Shown piece after piece: positions 1-9,933 of a DNA stretch of 64,000 bases. Both the position numbers and the translations under genes were made by a program. Within the stretch, counting starts at the first letter, position 1, and every line of letters starts with the position of its first letter. Origin of the DNA: Bacillota bacterium (lineage in GTDB: Bacteria > Bacillota_I > Bacilli_A > ML615J-28 > CAG-698); contig JAEYQM010000061.1 in NCBI GenBank assembly GCA_023410025.1, positions 12,050 through 76,049 on the forward strand, written 5' to 3'. The notes beneath the pieces are model-generated. The model had not been told where the DNA came from. It saw only the letters and a list, made by a program, of their open reading frames with translations, and searched no databases.

Positions 1-1
1 T

Positions 2-265
2 GATTGTCCATTATTATTTGAAGCAAAACTTGAATATTTATTTGATAAGATTATAGTTGTCTATGTTAATTTTGAAACCCAAGTTAAAAGATTGATAAGT
101 AGAGATAAAATAGATATTGATTTTGCATTAAAAAAAATAAATGCACAAATGAGATTAGATGATAAAGCGAAACTTGCTGATTTTGTAATAGATAACTCTT
201 ATAGTTTAGAAGAAACAATAAATCAATTAGATAATATAATAAGGAGTATAAAAAATGAAATTTAG
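2..265 (+). CDS. coaE: dephospho-CoA kinase, C-terminal part (5' end upstream of window)
   Basis: The frame is open from the window edge to TAG at 263-265. The translation begins DCPLLFEAKLEYLFDKIIVVYV, which is the D-x-PLLFE segment typical of CoaE. It lies upstream of dnaB-dnaI-thrS, as in Bacillus-type gene order. It is absent from the ORF track because no start codon falls in the window. Confidence 0.7.
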   Translation, partial: DCPLLFEAKLEYLFDKIIVVYVNFETQVKRLISRDKIDIDFALKKINAQMRLDDKAKLADFVIDNSYSLEETINQLDNIIRSIKNEI

Positions 266-626
266 AGATTACATATCAAATGATTTTCATACAGCTGAAG
301 ATCATTATATTGTAAGTTTAAGAACTAGGTATTATCGCAGTACCAAAGCTAATGCTATTGAAAAGATTAAAGGAATAGTAAATAGAATAAAAGGTCAAAT
401 TAAACATCTTGATTTAGAAAGAGGAGAAATTTATTTTGAAACAGTGAAGTTCTCTTCAACCATTTCACTAGTTAGTACAAGTTATACAGAAACGGCTATT
501 GATATTAATATGACAACATATTCAGTATTACCATTAGGTAAAGGAAAAAAAGAAATTGAAAAATTATATGAAATGATTGATAAAGAATTACAATTTATAG
601 GTGTTTCTTTATTTAAAGGAAGGTAG
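255..626 (+). CDS. hypothetical protein (123 aa, no Cys, no TM)
   Basis: ORF with RBS AAGGAG 8 nt upstream. It overlaps the coaE stop by 11 nt. I recognise no motif in it. Confidence 0.55.
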   Translation: MKFRDYISNDFHTAEDHYIVSLRTRYYRSTKANAIEKIKGIVNRIKGQIKHLDLERGEIYFETVKFSSTISLVSTSYTETAIDINMTTYSVLPLGKGKKEIEKLYEMIDKELQFIGVSLFKGR

Positions 627-635
627 AAATAGATT

Positions 636-1907
636 ATGGCAAATTTAATATATGAGAATCTAAGAGTTAATAATCATAAACACTTAAACAATGAAGATTA
701 TCGTAGTTTAACACTGTTATATTTGCCATTAGTAGGTGTTGATAGTTTTGCTGTATACTCAGTATTAAACAGTGTTGATAGCGAAGAAACATATAACTTT
801 AAAAAAATATTAGATATTTTAAATTTCTCAAGTATGAGTATTTTAAATCAATCAATAAATAAATTAGAGGGTGTTGGATTACTTAAAACATACTATAATG
901 AAAATAAAGGTTATTATTTTGAAATAATACTCCCTCTATCATTTAGAGATTTTCAAAAATGTGAAGTATTATGTGGACTTCTTCAAACAGCAATTGGAAC
1001 AATAGAATACGAAAGACTATTTGTAAATAAATCGACACGTGTGGTTGGATACAAGAATGTAACTAAGAAGTTTAATGAAGTATTTACAACTTCTTCTAGA
1101 AATGTAAATAATATAATTAATAAATTATTTAAAGATCCAGTTGAACTTGAAAATAAGAATTTTAATTACACATTATTTAAAATATTATTTGATGATAATA
1201 TTTTAAGCGAGGATGTATTAAATAATGCTGATTTTAAATCAAACATTGAAAAGATTAGTTTTGTTTATCATTTAAATGAAGAAGAAATGAAAGAAGTAAT
1301 TGTAAAGACAATTGATGTAGATAAATCAATGGAATATGATGCTATTAGTAAAAACGCAAGAATTAAATTCAGTCAAAAAAATGATGGTGCCTTTCCAAAA
1401 ATTGAAACAATCGAAAAGGATAATTTTATTTCCTCAATTGTTGATGATGAAACTAGAGCCTTCCTTGTAGAGTTAGAATCAAAGTCAATTTCCGATACCC
1501 TTCAATCAATAAGTAATATTAAACCTTCAGTAGCCGAAATCAAACAATTTGAAACATTACAAACCAATACAGGCTTTTCTACTGGGGTTATCAATTTAAT
1601 GATTCTATATGTTGATAAGATGAAAAATGGTGAATTGCCTTCTTACAATTATTTTGAAAAATTAGCCAATGTGTGGGCAAGAGCAAAAATTAAGAATAGT
1701 TATGATGCATTAAAATATATTAACGAAGATAGAAACAAAGAAGTTAATACTGAATCAAAACCAACTAAAACCACTTCAAAACCAGTTAAAAATACTCCAG
1801 ATTGGTATAAAACTTATATTGACAATATAGATAAGAAATATGTAAAATCGGATATTGAATCTGAAGATGAAGAATTAAAAAATCTAGCAGAGGAATTATT
1901 TAATTAA
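636..1907 (+). CDS. dnaB: replication initiation and membrane attachment protein (Bacillus-type DnaB, DnaD-domain family; not the replicative helicase)
   Basis: The 423-aa product has a C-terminal DnaB_2/DnaD-like repeat (GVINLMILYVDK...LPSYNYFEKLANVWARAKIKN). It sits immediately upstream of dnaI with a 1-nt gap, the conserved dnaB-dnaI pairing. Confidence 0.75.
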   Translation: MANLIYENLRVNNHKHLNNEDYRSLTLLYLPLVGVDSFAVYSVLNSVDSEETYNFKKILDILNFSSMSILNQSINKLEGVGLLKTYYNENKGYYFEIILPLSFRDFQKCEVLCGLLQTAIGTIEYERLFVNKSTRVVGYKNVTKKFNEVFTTSSRNVNNIINKLFKDPVELENKNFNYTLFKILFDDNILSEDVLNNADFKSNIEKISFVYHLNEEEMKEVIVKTIDVDKSMEYDAISKNARIKFSQKNDGAFPKIETIEKDNFISSIVDDETRAFLVELESKSISDTLQSISNIKPSVAEIKQFETLQTNTGFSTGVINLMILYVDKMKNGELPSYNYFEKLANVWARAKIKNSYDALKYINEDRNKEVNTESKPTKTTSKPVKNTPDWYKTYIDNIDKKYVKSDIESEDEELKNLAEELFN

Positions 1908-1908
1908 T

Positions 1909-2757
1909 ATGGATATAATCGATAAATTAAGAGAAGAAGTTCTAAGTGATAAGTATGTAAGAGAATTTGTATCAAAGTCACAACTTAATCAAGAACAAAT
2001 CGACAATAATTTAATCAATTTCAAAATCTTTAAAGAAGCTAATGAAATATGTATTAATTGTAAGGGTAAAAAAATTTGTGCAATGGAAGACAATTTACAA
2101 AGATATCATTTACGTTATCATCATAGAAATGTTAGTTTAGTTTTAAAAAGATGTGAGTTTGTTGATTCAGTAAATGAAGATATGCTTTCATATCATTTCT
2201 TTCCTGTAGCAATCAATCAAGAAAAACCTTACGTAATTGAATCAAGAAAAGAAATATATGTAAAGATAAAGGAATATTTAACTGACCCCAAAAACAAAAA
2301 AGGTCTATACATATATGGACCATTTGGAACGGGTAAATCATTTCTTATAAATAATATTGCCTCAAAACTTTCAAAAATGGATATTAAAACAGCTATTGTA
2401 TATTATCCTGATTTTGTAAGATTTGTTAAGGGTAATTTTGGTGATTCAAAAGTTGAAAACCTAATTAATGAATTTAAATATGTTGATGTTTTAATGCTAG
2501 ATGATATTGGTGGAGAAAACAATACTTCATATATTCGTGATGAAATTTTGGGGCCAATATTACAATATAGAATGGTAGCCAAAAAACCAGTATTCTTTAC
2601 ATCAAATTTTTCAATTGAAGATTTAAGAAAACATCTTAAAGAAACAAAAGAAGGAATAGATGATATTAAAGGGGATAGAATAGTTGAGAGAATTCGTCAA
2701 CTAACAAGTGAAACTTATTTGGCTGGTGAAAATTTACGCCAAAAAATTGACAAATAA
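1909..2757 (+). CDS. dnaI: primosomal helicase loader DnaI
   Basis: It has an N-terminal Cys-rich zinc module (CINCKGKKIC...RCEF), Walker A GPFGTGKS and Walker B LMLDDIG. The size (282 aa) and the dnaB-dnaI-thrS synteny agree. Confidence 0.85.
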   Translation: MDIIDKLREEVLSDKYVREFVSKSQLNQEQIDNNLINFKIFKEANEICINCKGKKICAMEDNLQRYHLRYHHRNVSLVLKRCEFVDSVNEDMLSYHFFPVAINQEKPYVIESRKEIYVKIKEYLTDPKNKKGLYIYGPFGTGKSFLINNIASKLSKMDIKTAIVYYPDFVRFVKGNFGDSKVENLINEFKYVDVLMLDDIGGENNTSYIRDEILGPILQYRMVAKKPVFFTSNFSIEDLRKHLKETKEGIDDIKGDRIVERIRQLTSETYLAGENLRQKIDK

Positions 2758-2775
2758 TATCTAAAGTGATATAAT
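2747..2775 (+). promoter_or_regulatory. sigma-A type promoter for the thrS leader
   Basis: TTGACA (2747-2752), exact 17-nt spacer, TATAAT (2770-2775), preceded by TG at -15/-14. Confidence 0.65.
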
Positions 2776-2781
2776 TTATTT

Positions 2782-2996
2782 ATAGCGATGATAAGGACTC
2801 GATTATTAAATTACTGTTTCAAGCGATTGTAGGATGGTGTAAGCTACATAACAAGTTTTAATATTTACTACCTTTGAGCTGCCCTCGAAAGAAATGGCCG
2901 CATACCTGCGTTATTGGTTTGAGTCGTGCATGAAAAATGCAAATAAAGGTGGTACCGCTGTAATTTCAGTCCTTGATATTCAAGGACTTTTTTTGT
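2782..2996 (+). promoter_or_regulatory. T-box leader (tRNA-Thr sensing riboswitch) of thrS
   Basis: The canonical T-box core AAAGGTGGTACCGC lies at 2945-2959 and partly overlaps a terminator hairpin (2968-2995). A GA/K-turn-like AGCGATGA lies near the 5' end. Thr codons ACU (2867-2869, followed by A) and ACC (2870-2872) sit in the candidate specifier region. thrS follows directly. Confidence 0.8.
2968..2995 (+). terminator. T-box attenuator terminator
   Basis: AGTCCTTG / ATATT loop / CAAGGACT followed by T7. Confidence 0.8.
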
Positions 2997-3013
2997 ATAA
3001 AAAGGAGATTAAT

Positions 3014-4933
3014 ATGAAAATAACATTTATCGATGGAAGTCAAAAAGAATTTGAAAATGGAAAAAGTGCTTACGATATAGCTAATAGCATTTCTCCATCA
3101 CTTGCGAAAAAATCTATTTACGCAATTGTTAATAAACAAGAATATGATTTAATGCGTCCAATTGAAGAAGATGCAACTTTAGAATTAAAATTTAAAGAAG
3201 ATGCATTTGAGGTATTAAATCATTCTACAAGCCACGTAATGGCAACTGCAATTAAAAGACTTTACCCAAATGCAACATTTGGTGTTGGTCCTGCAATTGA
3301 AGAAGGATTTTACTATGATGTAAATCCAGGTGAAGGAATTAAATTTACTGAAGCTGATTTAGAAAAGATTGAAAAAGAAATGAAGAAAATTGCTTCTGAA
3401 GATTTAAAATTCATTAGAACTGTTGTATCACGCGAAGAAGCATTAAAAAGATTTGCTAACGACAAATACAAAACAGAAATAATTAATGAATTACCAGTGG
3501 ATAGCACAATTACATTATATAATTGTGGAGAGTTTGTAGACTTATGTAGAGGACCACATTTACCATCAACTAAATATTCTAAAAATGTTAAATTATTAAA
3601 TATTAGTGGTGCATATTGGCGTGGAGATTCTAATAATGAACAATTACAAAGAATCTATGGGGTTGCATTTTTTGAAAATGAAGAACTTGCAAAACACTTA
3701 GAAAACTTAAAAGAAAGAGAAAAAAGAGATCACCGTCGATTAGGCCGTGAACTTGAATTATTCATGATTAGTGAATACGGACCAGGATTCCCATTCTGGT
3801 TACCAAAAGGAATGACTTTAAGAAAAACTCTTGAAAACTATTGGTACAAAATTCATACAAGAGAAGGTTATCAATTTATCCAAACTCCAATTATGTTAAA
3901 CAAAGAGTTATGGGAAGTATCAGGACACTGGTTTAACTATCGTGACAATATGTATACTTCTGAAATTGATGATCGTGAATTTGCTATTAAACCAATGAAC
4001 TGCCCTGGTGGATTATTAGTTTATAAGAATTCATTACACTCATATAAAGATTTTCCATTAAGACTTGGTGAATTAGGATTAGTTCATCGCCATGAAGCAA
4101 GTGGTGCTTTAAATGGCTTATTTAGAGTTCGTACTTTTACACAAGATGATGCACATATTTTCTTAACTGAAGATCAAATTGTTAATGAAATTGCAAGATT
4201 AATTAAATTGTTTGATGAAGTTTATCGTGTATTTAAATTAGATTATAATATTGAACTTTCAACAAGACCAGAAGAAAATTATATTGGTAATATTGCTGTT
4301 TGGGATAAAGCTGAAAAAGCATTAGCAGATGCTTGTAAAACTGCTGGACGTAACTTTAAAATTAACCCAGGAGATGGAGCATTTTATGGTCCAAAACTTG
4401 ACTTTAAATTACGTGACTCAATGAACCGTATCTGGCAATGTGGTACAATCCAACTAGATATGAATCTTCCAGAAAGATTTGATATTACATACATTGATGA
4501 AAATGGAGAAAAACGTCGTCCAGTTATGTTACATAGAGCATTATTTGGATCAATTGAAAGATTCATTGGTGTAATCACAGAACACTTTGGTGGTGCATTC
4601 CCAACATGGTTAGCTCCAGTTCAAGTTAAGGTTTTACCAGTAAATAATAATTATCATTTAGAATATGCAAATCAAGTAGCTCAACAATTACGTGAAATGG
4701 ATGTAAGAATTGAACTAGATGACCGTGATGAAAAATTAGGATATAAGATTCGTGAAGCTCAAACTAAGAAAATCCCTTATCAAGTTGTAATTGGAGATAA
4801 TGAAGTAAACTCTAACTCTGTAAATGTTCGTAAATATGGAGAAAACGATAGTGTGACAATGTCTATTGATGAATTTAAGAAAATGATTAAACATGAAATT
4901 GTTACACTAGGGGTTGAAGATGGAAACAGATAA
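3014..4933 (+). CDS. thrS: threonine--tRNA ligase
   Basis: Start chosen at ATG 3014 (RBS AAAGGAG), giving MKITFIDGS (TGS domain). Class II motifs are present: FAIKPMNCPG, HRHEASGALNGLFRVRTFTQDDAHIF and YGPKLDF. The track ORF start at 2894 lies inside the T-box leader. Confidence 0.95.
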   Translation: MKITFIDGSQKEFENGKSAYDIANSISPSLAKKSIYAIVNKQEYDLMRPIEEDATLELKFKEDAFEVLNHSTSHVMATAIKRLYPNATFGVGPAIEEGFYYDVNPGEGIKFTEADLEKIEKEMKKIASEDLKFIRTVVSREEALKRFANDKYKTEIINELPVDSTITLYNCGEFVDLCRGPHLPSTKYSKNVKLLNISGAYWRGDSNNEQLQRIYGVAFFENEELAKHLENLKEREKRDHRRLGRELELFMISEYGPGFPFWLPKGMTLRKTLENYWYKIHTREGYQFIQTPIMLNKELWEVSGHWFNYRDNMYTSEIDDREFAIKPMNCPGGLLVYKNSLHSYKDFPLRLGELGLVHRHEASGALNGLFRVRTFTQDDAHIFLTEDQIVNEIARLIKLFDEVYRVFKLDYNIELSTRPEENYIGNIAVWDKAEKALADACKTAGRNFKINPGDGAFYGPKLDFKLRDSMNRIWQCGTIQLDMNLPERFDITYIDENGEKRRPVMLHRALFGSIERFIGVITEHFGGAFPTWLAPVQVKVLPVNNNYHLEYANQVAQQLREMDVRIELDDRDEKLGYKIREAQTKKIPYQVVIGDNEVNSNSVNVRKYGENDSVTMSIDEFKKMIKHEIVTLGVEDGNR

Positions 4934-5615
4934 TGTTTATAAAGTTTCTTTCTTCTCTAATATAATTTGGATGATATTAGGTCCGACCATTGTCTTAATC
5001 CCTGTTTCTATTTTTATGTATCAAGGAATTAATCTTGAGGATTTAACTGATTCCAATACAATTTCGGCGGTGATGGTTTCTCAAGCAATTAGTAATGTCA
5101 TTCCAATAGTGATAAGCGTAGTCCTATTGAGAAGATTACTTTTAAGTGAGTTAATAGATTTTAAAAATAATTTAAAACGAAGCATAACTATTGTCCTTTT
5201 AGGAATATCAGGAATTTATTTTGCTAACATTATCCTTTCAATAATCTATAGTTTATTAAATGTTACGGGGGATTCTGAAAACCAACAAATTATTGAAACG
5301 GCTTTATCATCACCAGTTAGACCTGTTGTAATAATTATGATATTAGTCTTAGCACCAATTCTAGAGGAATTAATATTTAGAAAATTCTTAATTGGATATT
5401 TTAAATCTAAACAATTGAACCCATGGATTCCATATATTATTAGTATTGTTGTGTTTGCAGCAATTCATATGAACTTTACAATTGAAGATTTAATATTTTT
5501 CCCAGCATATTTGGTATTATCAGCTGTTATTACATTAGCTTATAAATACTCTGGAAACAATATTTATGTAGCTATATTAGTACATTTTCTAAATAATTTA
5601 TTATCGCTAATATGA
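4914..5615 (+). CDS. CPBP-family intramembrane glutamic endopeptidase (CAAX protease / Abi-like)
   Basis: Multi-TM protein with the EExxxR motif (APILEELIFRKF), FAAIH and HFLNN motifs. It overlaps the thrS end by 20 nt. Confidence 0.75.
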   Translation: MKMETDNVYKVSFFSNIIWMILGPTIVLIPVSIFMYQGINLEDLTDSNTISAVMVSQAISNVIPIVISVVLLRRLLLSELIDFKNNLKRSITIVLLGISGIYFANIILSIIYSLLNVTGDSENQQIIETALSSPVRPVVIIMILVLAPILEELIFRKFLIGYFKSKQLNPWIPYIISIVVFAAIHMNFTIEDLIFFPAYLVLSAVITLAYKYSGNNIYVAILVHFLNNLLSLI

Positions 5616-6514
5616 ACTTAAAAAAATATGGTAAACTTGTAGAATGTGCAAGAGAAAATTTTGAAAATAGTAAATATCAAGAAGCTTTAGAAATATTAGA
5701 AAAAGCTTTTGAAATGGGAATTATTCTAGATGATTTAAATCTTTTAGGATTTATCTATATCGAACTAGGAAAATATAGCCTTGCTGAAGATGTATTTAAA
5801 AAAGTTCTTTCTCAAGAAAGAAATCCAAAGAGTTATTATGGTCTAGGTTGTATAAATGATCGACTTGGAAAATATAAAGAAGCAGTAATAATGTATGAAG
5901 AGTCGATTAGATTTGATGATACAAATCCTTTAGTATTATTTGACTGTGCATATTTATATGATGATTTAGGAAATAAAGATAAATCAAAATACTATTATGA
6001 AAAATTATTAAAGATTAATCCTGATGATTTTTGGGGTAATATAAATTTAGGTACTATTTATGATTGTGAAGGAAATAATGAAAAAGCATTGGAACTTTTT
6101 CTTAAAGCCTATAGTATTGATCCTAATTCACCTATGGTCAATTATAACTTAGGTGTTACCTATAGTAATCTTAATAATAAAGAATTAGCTTTGAAACATT
6201 ATTTTGAAGAAATAGAAAAAAATAATAAATATGTACCTGCATATTATAATTTAGCTCTATTATATAAGGATGCTTATAATGATTATGAAAAAGCAAAATT
6301 GTATTATCTAGAAGGATTAAAGATTGATCAAAATAATTATCTTATATGGTATAATCTTGGTTGTTTATATGCCTTAATGAAAGACTATAAAAATGCATAT
6401 GATTGTTTCTTAATATTAAAATATAGGTCAAAAGAGTTATTTGAATCAATGAATGAAGATGAAGAACTTGAAGAGTTCAAATTATCTGATGAATATAAGA
6501 GATTATGGGAATAA
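5612..6514 (+). CDS. tetratricopeptide-repeat protein
   Basis: It contains repeated 34-aa units with the A/Y/L TPR pattern (e.g. YYGLGCINDRLGKYKEAVIMYEESIRFDDTN and WGNINLGTIYDCEGNNEKALELFLKAYSIDPNS). Its start overlaps the CPBP stop (ATGA). Confidence 0.75.
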   Translation: MNLKKYGKLVECARENFENSKYQEALEILEKAFEMGIILDDLNLLGFIYIELGKYSLAEDVFKKVLSQERNPKSYYGLGCINDRLGKYKEAVIMYEESIRFDDTNPLVLFDCAYLYDDLGNKDKSKYYYEKLLKINPDDFWGNINLGTIYDCEGNNEKALELFLKAYSIDPNSPMVNYNLGVTYSNLNNKELALKHYFEEIEKNNKYVPAYYNLALLYKDAYNDYEKAKLYYLEGLKIDQNNYLIWYNLGCLYALMKDYKNAYDCFLILKYRSKELFESMNEDEELEEFKLSDEYKRLWE

Positions 6515-6531
6515 GCCCATAATCTTTTTTT
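6501..6531 (+). terminator. rho-independent terminator
   Basis: GATTATGGG / loop / CCCATAATC (9 bp) followed by T7. The stem includes the stop codon. Confidence 0.7.
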
Positions 6532-6564
6532 ATATAAACATATATTATAATCGAGGTGTAAAAA

Positions 6565-7047
6565 ATGATAATTGATGTTAAAAAATACTTAAGAAATTCA
6601 TCAAGAGAAACTTATACTGTAAAACAAGGCGATAGTTTATATAAAATATCAAAACAATATGGTATATCAATTGATGATTTAATGGAAATTAATGAACTAG
6701 ATAGTACTATGATTTATCCAAATCAAGTTTTAATTATTTCTAAGTCTATTCCAACTGGTGGAATGTATTTTGTTGAGTATATTGTTAAACCTAATGATAC
6801 TTTAAGTACAATCGCAAAAGCAAACAATGTTACTACTGAATCAATCGGAAAATATAATGATGTAACAAAAATAATTTTAGCTGAAGGGCAAATAATGAAT
6901 TTACCTGGATCATACAAAACATATTTAATTCAAGAAGGAGACAAAATTTCAGATATTCTTGCTAAAACAAATTTAACTCTAGATCAATTCTTAGAGTATA
7001 ACCTATCTAAATTATTGACTCCAGGTATCATTATATATTACAGATAA
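6565..7047 (+). CDS. LysM-repeat protein (3 LysM domains, no signal peptide)
   Basis: Three LysM-like units are present: YTVKQGDSLYKISKQYGISIDDLMEIN, YIVKPNDTLSTIAKANNVTTESIGKYN and YLIQEGDKISDILAKTNLTLDQFLEYN. RBS GAGGTG. Confidence 0.75.
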   Translation: MIIDVKKYLRNSSRETYTVKQGDSLYKISKQYGISIDDLMEINELDSTMIYPNQVLIISKSIPTGGMYFVEYIVKPNDTLSTIAKANNVTTESIGKYNDVTKIILAEGQIMNLPGSYKTYLIQEGDKISDILAKTNLTLDQFLEYNLSKLLTPGIIIYYR

Positions 7048-7070
7048 AGCCTATGTAGGCTTTTTCTTTT
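7046..7070 (+). terminator. rho-independent terminator
   Basis: AAAGCCT / ATGT / AGGCTTT followed by a T-rich run. Confidence 0.65.
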
Positions 7071-7073
7071 TTC

Positions 7074-7102
7074 TTGAAGAAAACGCTAAATTATAGTATA
7101 AT
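7074..7102 (+). promoter_or_regulatory. sigma-A type promoter upstream of trmFO
   Basis: TTGAAG (7074-7079), 17-nt spacer, TATAAT (7097-7102). Confidence 0.5.
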
Positions 7103-7128
7103 AGAAAAAGTAGAAGGCGGTAAACAAA

Positions 7129-8424
7129 ATGACAGTAAATGTAATTGGAGCTGGACTGGCTGGGTCTGAGGCTACATATCAGTTAATAAAAAGAGGAATA
7201 AAAGTAAGATTATATGAAATGCGCCCTGTTAAATCAACAGAAGCACATACAACAGATAGATTTGCTGAACTTGTTTGTAGTAATTCATTGAGAGCAAGAT
7301 CGGTTGAAAATGCAGTAGGATTATTAAAAGAAGAAATGAAATTAATTGATTCACTAATAATGGATGCAGCATTAAAAAATGAAGTTGATGCTGGTGGAGC
7401 AGTAGCAGTAGATAGAGTTAATTTTAGTAATTATATTACTGAATATTTAAAGAATCACGAACTTGTTGAGGTAATTAATGAAGAAGTAACAAGTATTCCT
7501 GAAGGACCTACAATTATTGCCTCAGGTCCACTAACAAGTGAATTATTATCAAATGAAATTTTAAAAATTTGTGGAAATGAAGAGTTATATTTTTTTGATT
7601 CAGTAGCTCCAATTGTTAGAGAAGATTCAATAAATAAAGAAGTTGCCTACTTAAAAAGTAGATATGATAAAGGGGAAGCAAGTTATTATAACTGCCCTAT
7701 GACAAAAGAAGAATATGAGTTATTTTATAATGAATTAATTAATGCTGAATGTGTTATTCCTGAAGAATATGAATTAAAGGTATTTGAAGGATGTATGGCT
7801 ATTGAAGATATGGCAAAACGTGGAAAAGAAACATTGCTATATGGCCCATTAAAACCTGTAGGGCTTGATGATCCAAGGACAGGTAAAAGACCATATGCCG
7901 TAGTTCAACTCCGTCAAGATGATGCATTAAAAACAATGTATAATCTAGTTGGTTTTCAAACTCATTTAAAATGGCCAGAACAAAAGAGAATATTAAGATT
8001 AATACCAGGTCTTGAAAAATGTGAAATCGTAAGATATGGTGTAATGCATAGAAATACATATATAAATGCTCCAAAGTTTCTAAACAAATATTTCCAATTT
8101 GAATTAAGAAAAGATCTGTTTTTTGCAGGTCAAATTACAGGAGTCGAAGGGTATTTAGAAAGTGCAGCTAGTGGGATGATTGCTGGAATTAATATGGCTA
8201 AATACTTACAAAACAAGCCAATGGTTGATTTTTCTAATATTACAAGTTTAGGTTCATTATCATATCATGTAAGCACAAAAACAAGTAATTATTTACCAAT
8301 GAATGTAAACTTTGGTTTATTTGAACAACTTGATGGTTATATTAAGAAAAAAGATCGTAAACAACTATATGCAAATAGAAGTTTAGAAAAAATAAAAGAA
8401 TTATTAGGGGAAATAAATGATTGA
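7129..8424 (+). CDS. trmFO: methylenetetrahydrofolate--tRNA-(uracil54-C5)-methyltransferase TrmFO (Gid)
   Basis: It has an N-terminal FAD fold [11 protein letters not shown] and runs of family-typical sequence ([27 protein letters not shown]). trmFO-xerC adjacency matches Bacillus. Confidence 0.9.
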   Translation: MTVNVIGAGLAGSEATYQLIKRGIKVRLYEMRPVKSTEAHTTDRFAELVCSNSLRARSVENAVGLLKEEMKLIDSLIMDAALKNEVDAGGAVAVDRVNFSNYITEYLKNHELVEVINEEVTSIPEGPTIIASGPLTSELLSNEILKICGNEELYFFDSVAPIVREDSINKEVAYLKSRYDKGEASYYNCPMTKEEYELFYNELINAECVIPEEYELKVFEGCMAIEDMAKRGKETLLYGPLKPVGLDDPRTGKRPYAVVQLRQDDALKTMYNLVGFQTHLKWPEQKRILRLIPGLEKCEIVRYGVMHRNTYINAPKFLNKYFQFELRKDLFFAGQITGVEGYLESAASGMIAGINMAKYLQNKPMVDFSNITSLGSLSYHVSTKTSNYLPMNVNFGLFEQLDGYIKKKDRKQLYANRSLEKIKELLGEIND

Positions 8425-9328
8425 AAAATTTAGGAGTTATCTAATTAATGAAAGAAGATATTCTGAGTATACTGTATTAAATTATATTAATGATATACAT
8501 GAGTTTGAGAATTATTTAAAAATAAATGAGTATGGTAATTTACTTAAATTACGTTTAAATATTAGTAGATATTATTTATCACATTTAAACGATAAAGCTT
8601 ATAGTTCAAGAACAATTGCTAGAAAAATGAGTAGTTTGAGAAGCTTTTACCGTTTTCTTCTTAAGGAAGGACTTGTAAATGTTAATTACTTTCAAGATAT
8701 TTCTTCTCCTAAAATTGATAAAACAATTCCTAAGTTTTTATATACTAAAGAAATTGATGCATTATTTAACGCAATAAACACAAATACAGCAATTGGTCGA
8801 AGAGATTATGCGCTTTTAGAATTAATGTACGGAACAGGTATTCGTGTTAGTGAATTTTGTAATATTAAATTATCAGATATAGATTTTTATAATAATGAAA
8901 TTATCATTTTTGGTAAAGGAAAAAAAGAAAGATATTTACCAATATATGATAGTTTAAAAGAGGCTCTACTCGATTATATTAACTATGGCAGGCAAGAAAT
9001 GCTTGCAAGAAATAAAGATGGATATTGTGATAAATTATTTTTAAATTTTAAAGGAGGCCCCTTAACAACTAGAGGAGTTCGAGTAATACTGAATAATATT
9101 ACGGAAAAAGCATCTGAAAATTTAAAAATAAGTCCCCATATGTTGAGACATTCATTTGCTACACACTTACTTGATAATGGTGCAGATTTAAGAAGTGTTC
9201 AAGAATTATTAGGTCATGAAAATTTACAAACAACGCAAATATATACACATGTTTCTAAAGAAAGATTAAAAAGGGATTATATGGAATATTTTCCGAGAGC
9301 TAAGAGGGATGACGATGAGAAAATTTGA
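8417..9328 (+). CDS. xerC: tyrosine recombinase XerC/CodV type
   Basis: Catalytic region signatures are present: [19 protein letters not shown] and [15 protein letters not shown]. Size is 303 aa. The position directly after trmFO overlaps it by 8 nt. Confidence 0.8.
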   Translation: MIEKFRSYLINERRYSEYTVLNYINDIHEFENYLKINEYGNLLKLRLNISRYYLSHLNDKAYSSRTIARKMSSLRSFYRFLLKEGLVNVNYFQDISSPKIDKTIPKFLYTKEIDALFNAINTNTAIGRRDYALLELMYGTGIRVSEFCNIKLSDIDFYNNEIIIFGKGKKERYLPIYDSLKEALLDYINYGRQEMLARNKDGYCDKLFLNFKGGPLTTRGVRVILNNITEKASENLKISPHMLRHSFATHLLDNGADLRSVQELLGHENLQTTQIYTHVSKERLKRDYMEYFPRAKRDDDEKI

Positions 9329-9743
9329 AAAATTAGTTGATGATGTAACTTTACCCAAAAGACAAACAAAATATAGTGCTGGTTATGATTTTTACGCATA
9401 TGAAGATACTTTGATTAAATCTAAAACAATGCAAATAATAAAAACAAATGTAAAATGCATGATGGAAGAAGATGAGTTTCTAGCAATTTACCTTCGAAGT
9501 AGTTTGGGGATTAAACATGGGTTAATGCTTGCAAATCAAACAGGTATAATTGATAAAGATTATTATGGAAATAAAGATAATGATGGCCACATTATGGTTG
9601 CCTTATATAATAATTCTGATAAAGATTTTCTACTTAAAAAAAATGAAAGATTCTGCCAAGGAATATTTCAAAAATACTATTTAACTGATGATGACGATGT
9701 TAATAGTGTTAGGGATGGTGGAATTGGAAGCACAAACATCTAG
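9309..9743 (+). CDS. dut: dUTP diphosphatase (trimeric dUTPase family)
   Basis: dUTPase motifs are present: AGYDF, RSSLG, GIIDKDYYG and a C-terminal RDGGIGST. It overlaps xerC by 20 nt; the start could also be ATG 9315. Confidence 0.75.
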   Translation: MTMRKFEKLVDDVTLPKRQTKYSAGYDFYAYEDTLIKSKTMQIIKTNVKCMMEEDEFLAIYLRSSLGIKHGLMLANQTGIIDKDYYGNKDNDGHIMVALYNNSDKDFLLKKNERFCQGIFQKYYLTDDDDVNSVRDGGIGSTNI

Positions 9744-9786
9744 GAAATTTTAATAAAAATATTTTCTTATTAGTTTAATGTTTGTC

Positions 9787-9815
9787 TTGCTTATACATAA
9801 TATTTGTGGTATAAT
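9787..9815 (+). promoter_or_regulatory. promoter of rpsB-tsf (extended -10)
   Basis: TTGCTT (9787-9792), 17-nt spacer, TGGTATAAT (9807-9815). It leaves a 5' UTR of about 110 nt. Confidence 0.55.
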
Positions 9816-9933
9816 ATTACAGGCAAAAAAAATACACACACTGTTGGAGAATGTCGTCAAGTGCACTTAGGTGAGGCGGTATTTGATGAAGATAGTGGAG
9901 GCCAAACAAAATAAAAATGGAGGAAAAATAATA

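Noticed and set aside
636-1907. Reading 'dnaB' as the replicative helicase.
   Set aside because: It has no Walker A/B or RecA-like fold, and the DnaD-like C-terminal repeat is present. This is the Bacillus-type initiation and membrane-attachment protein. The replicative helicase (DnaC in Bacillus nomenclature) is not in the window.
2894-3013. N-terminal 40-codon extension of the thrS ORF given in the track (MAAYLRYWFESCMKNANKGGTAVIS...).
   Set aside because: This stretch is the T-box leader, containing the T-box core and terminator. The ThrRS TGS domain begins at ATG 3014, which has a good RBS.
8417-9328. The tyrosine recombinase as a possible integrase marking a mobile element or genomic island.
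   Set aside because: Its size, its XerC/D-type motifs and the conserved trmFO-xerC(codV) adjacency indicate the chromosomal dimer-resolution recombinase. I see no flanking repeats, tRNA or phage genes.
9871-9933. Upstream extensions of track ORFs for several genes: rpsB (9871), DUF3137 (26823), lemA (27739), ald (44375), mgsA (45601), pncB (52078), pepS (58763) and the propeptide (28508).
   Set aside because: In each case an internal ATG preceded by a GGAG-type RBS gives the family-typical N-terminus. The extensions overlap promoters, leaders or upstream genes.
9816-9933. The ~110-nt rpsB 5' UTR as a structured S2 autoregulatory leader.
   Set aside because: I could not find a convincing conserved hairpin or pseudoknot by eye, and I recall no Firmicute S2-leader model to compare with. 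It is left unannotated.
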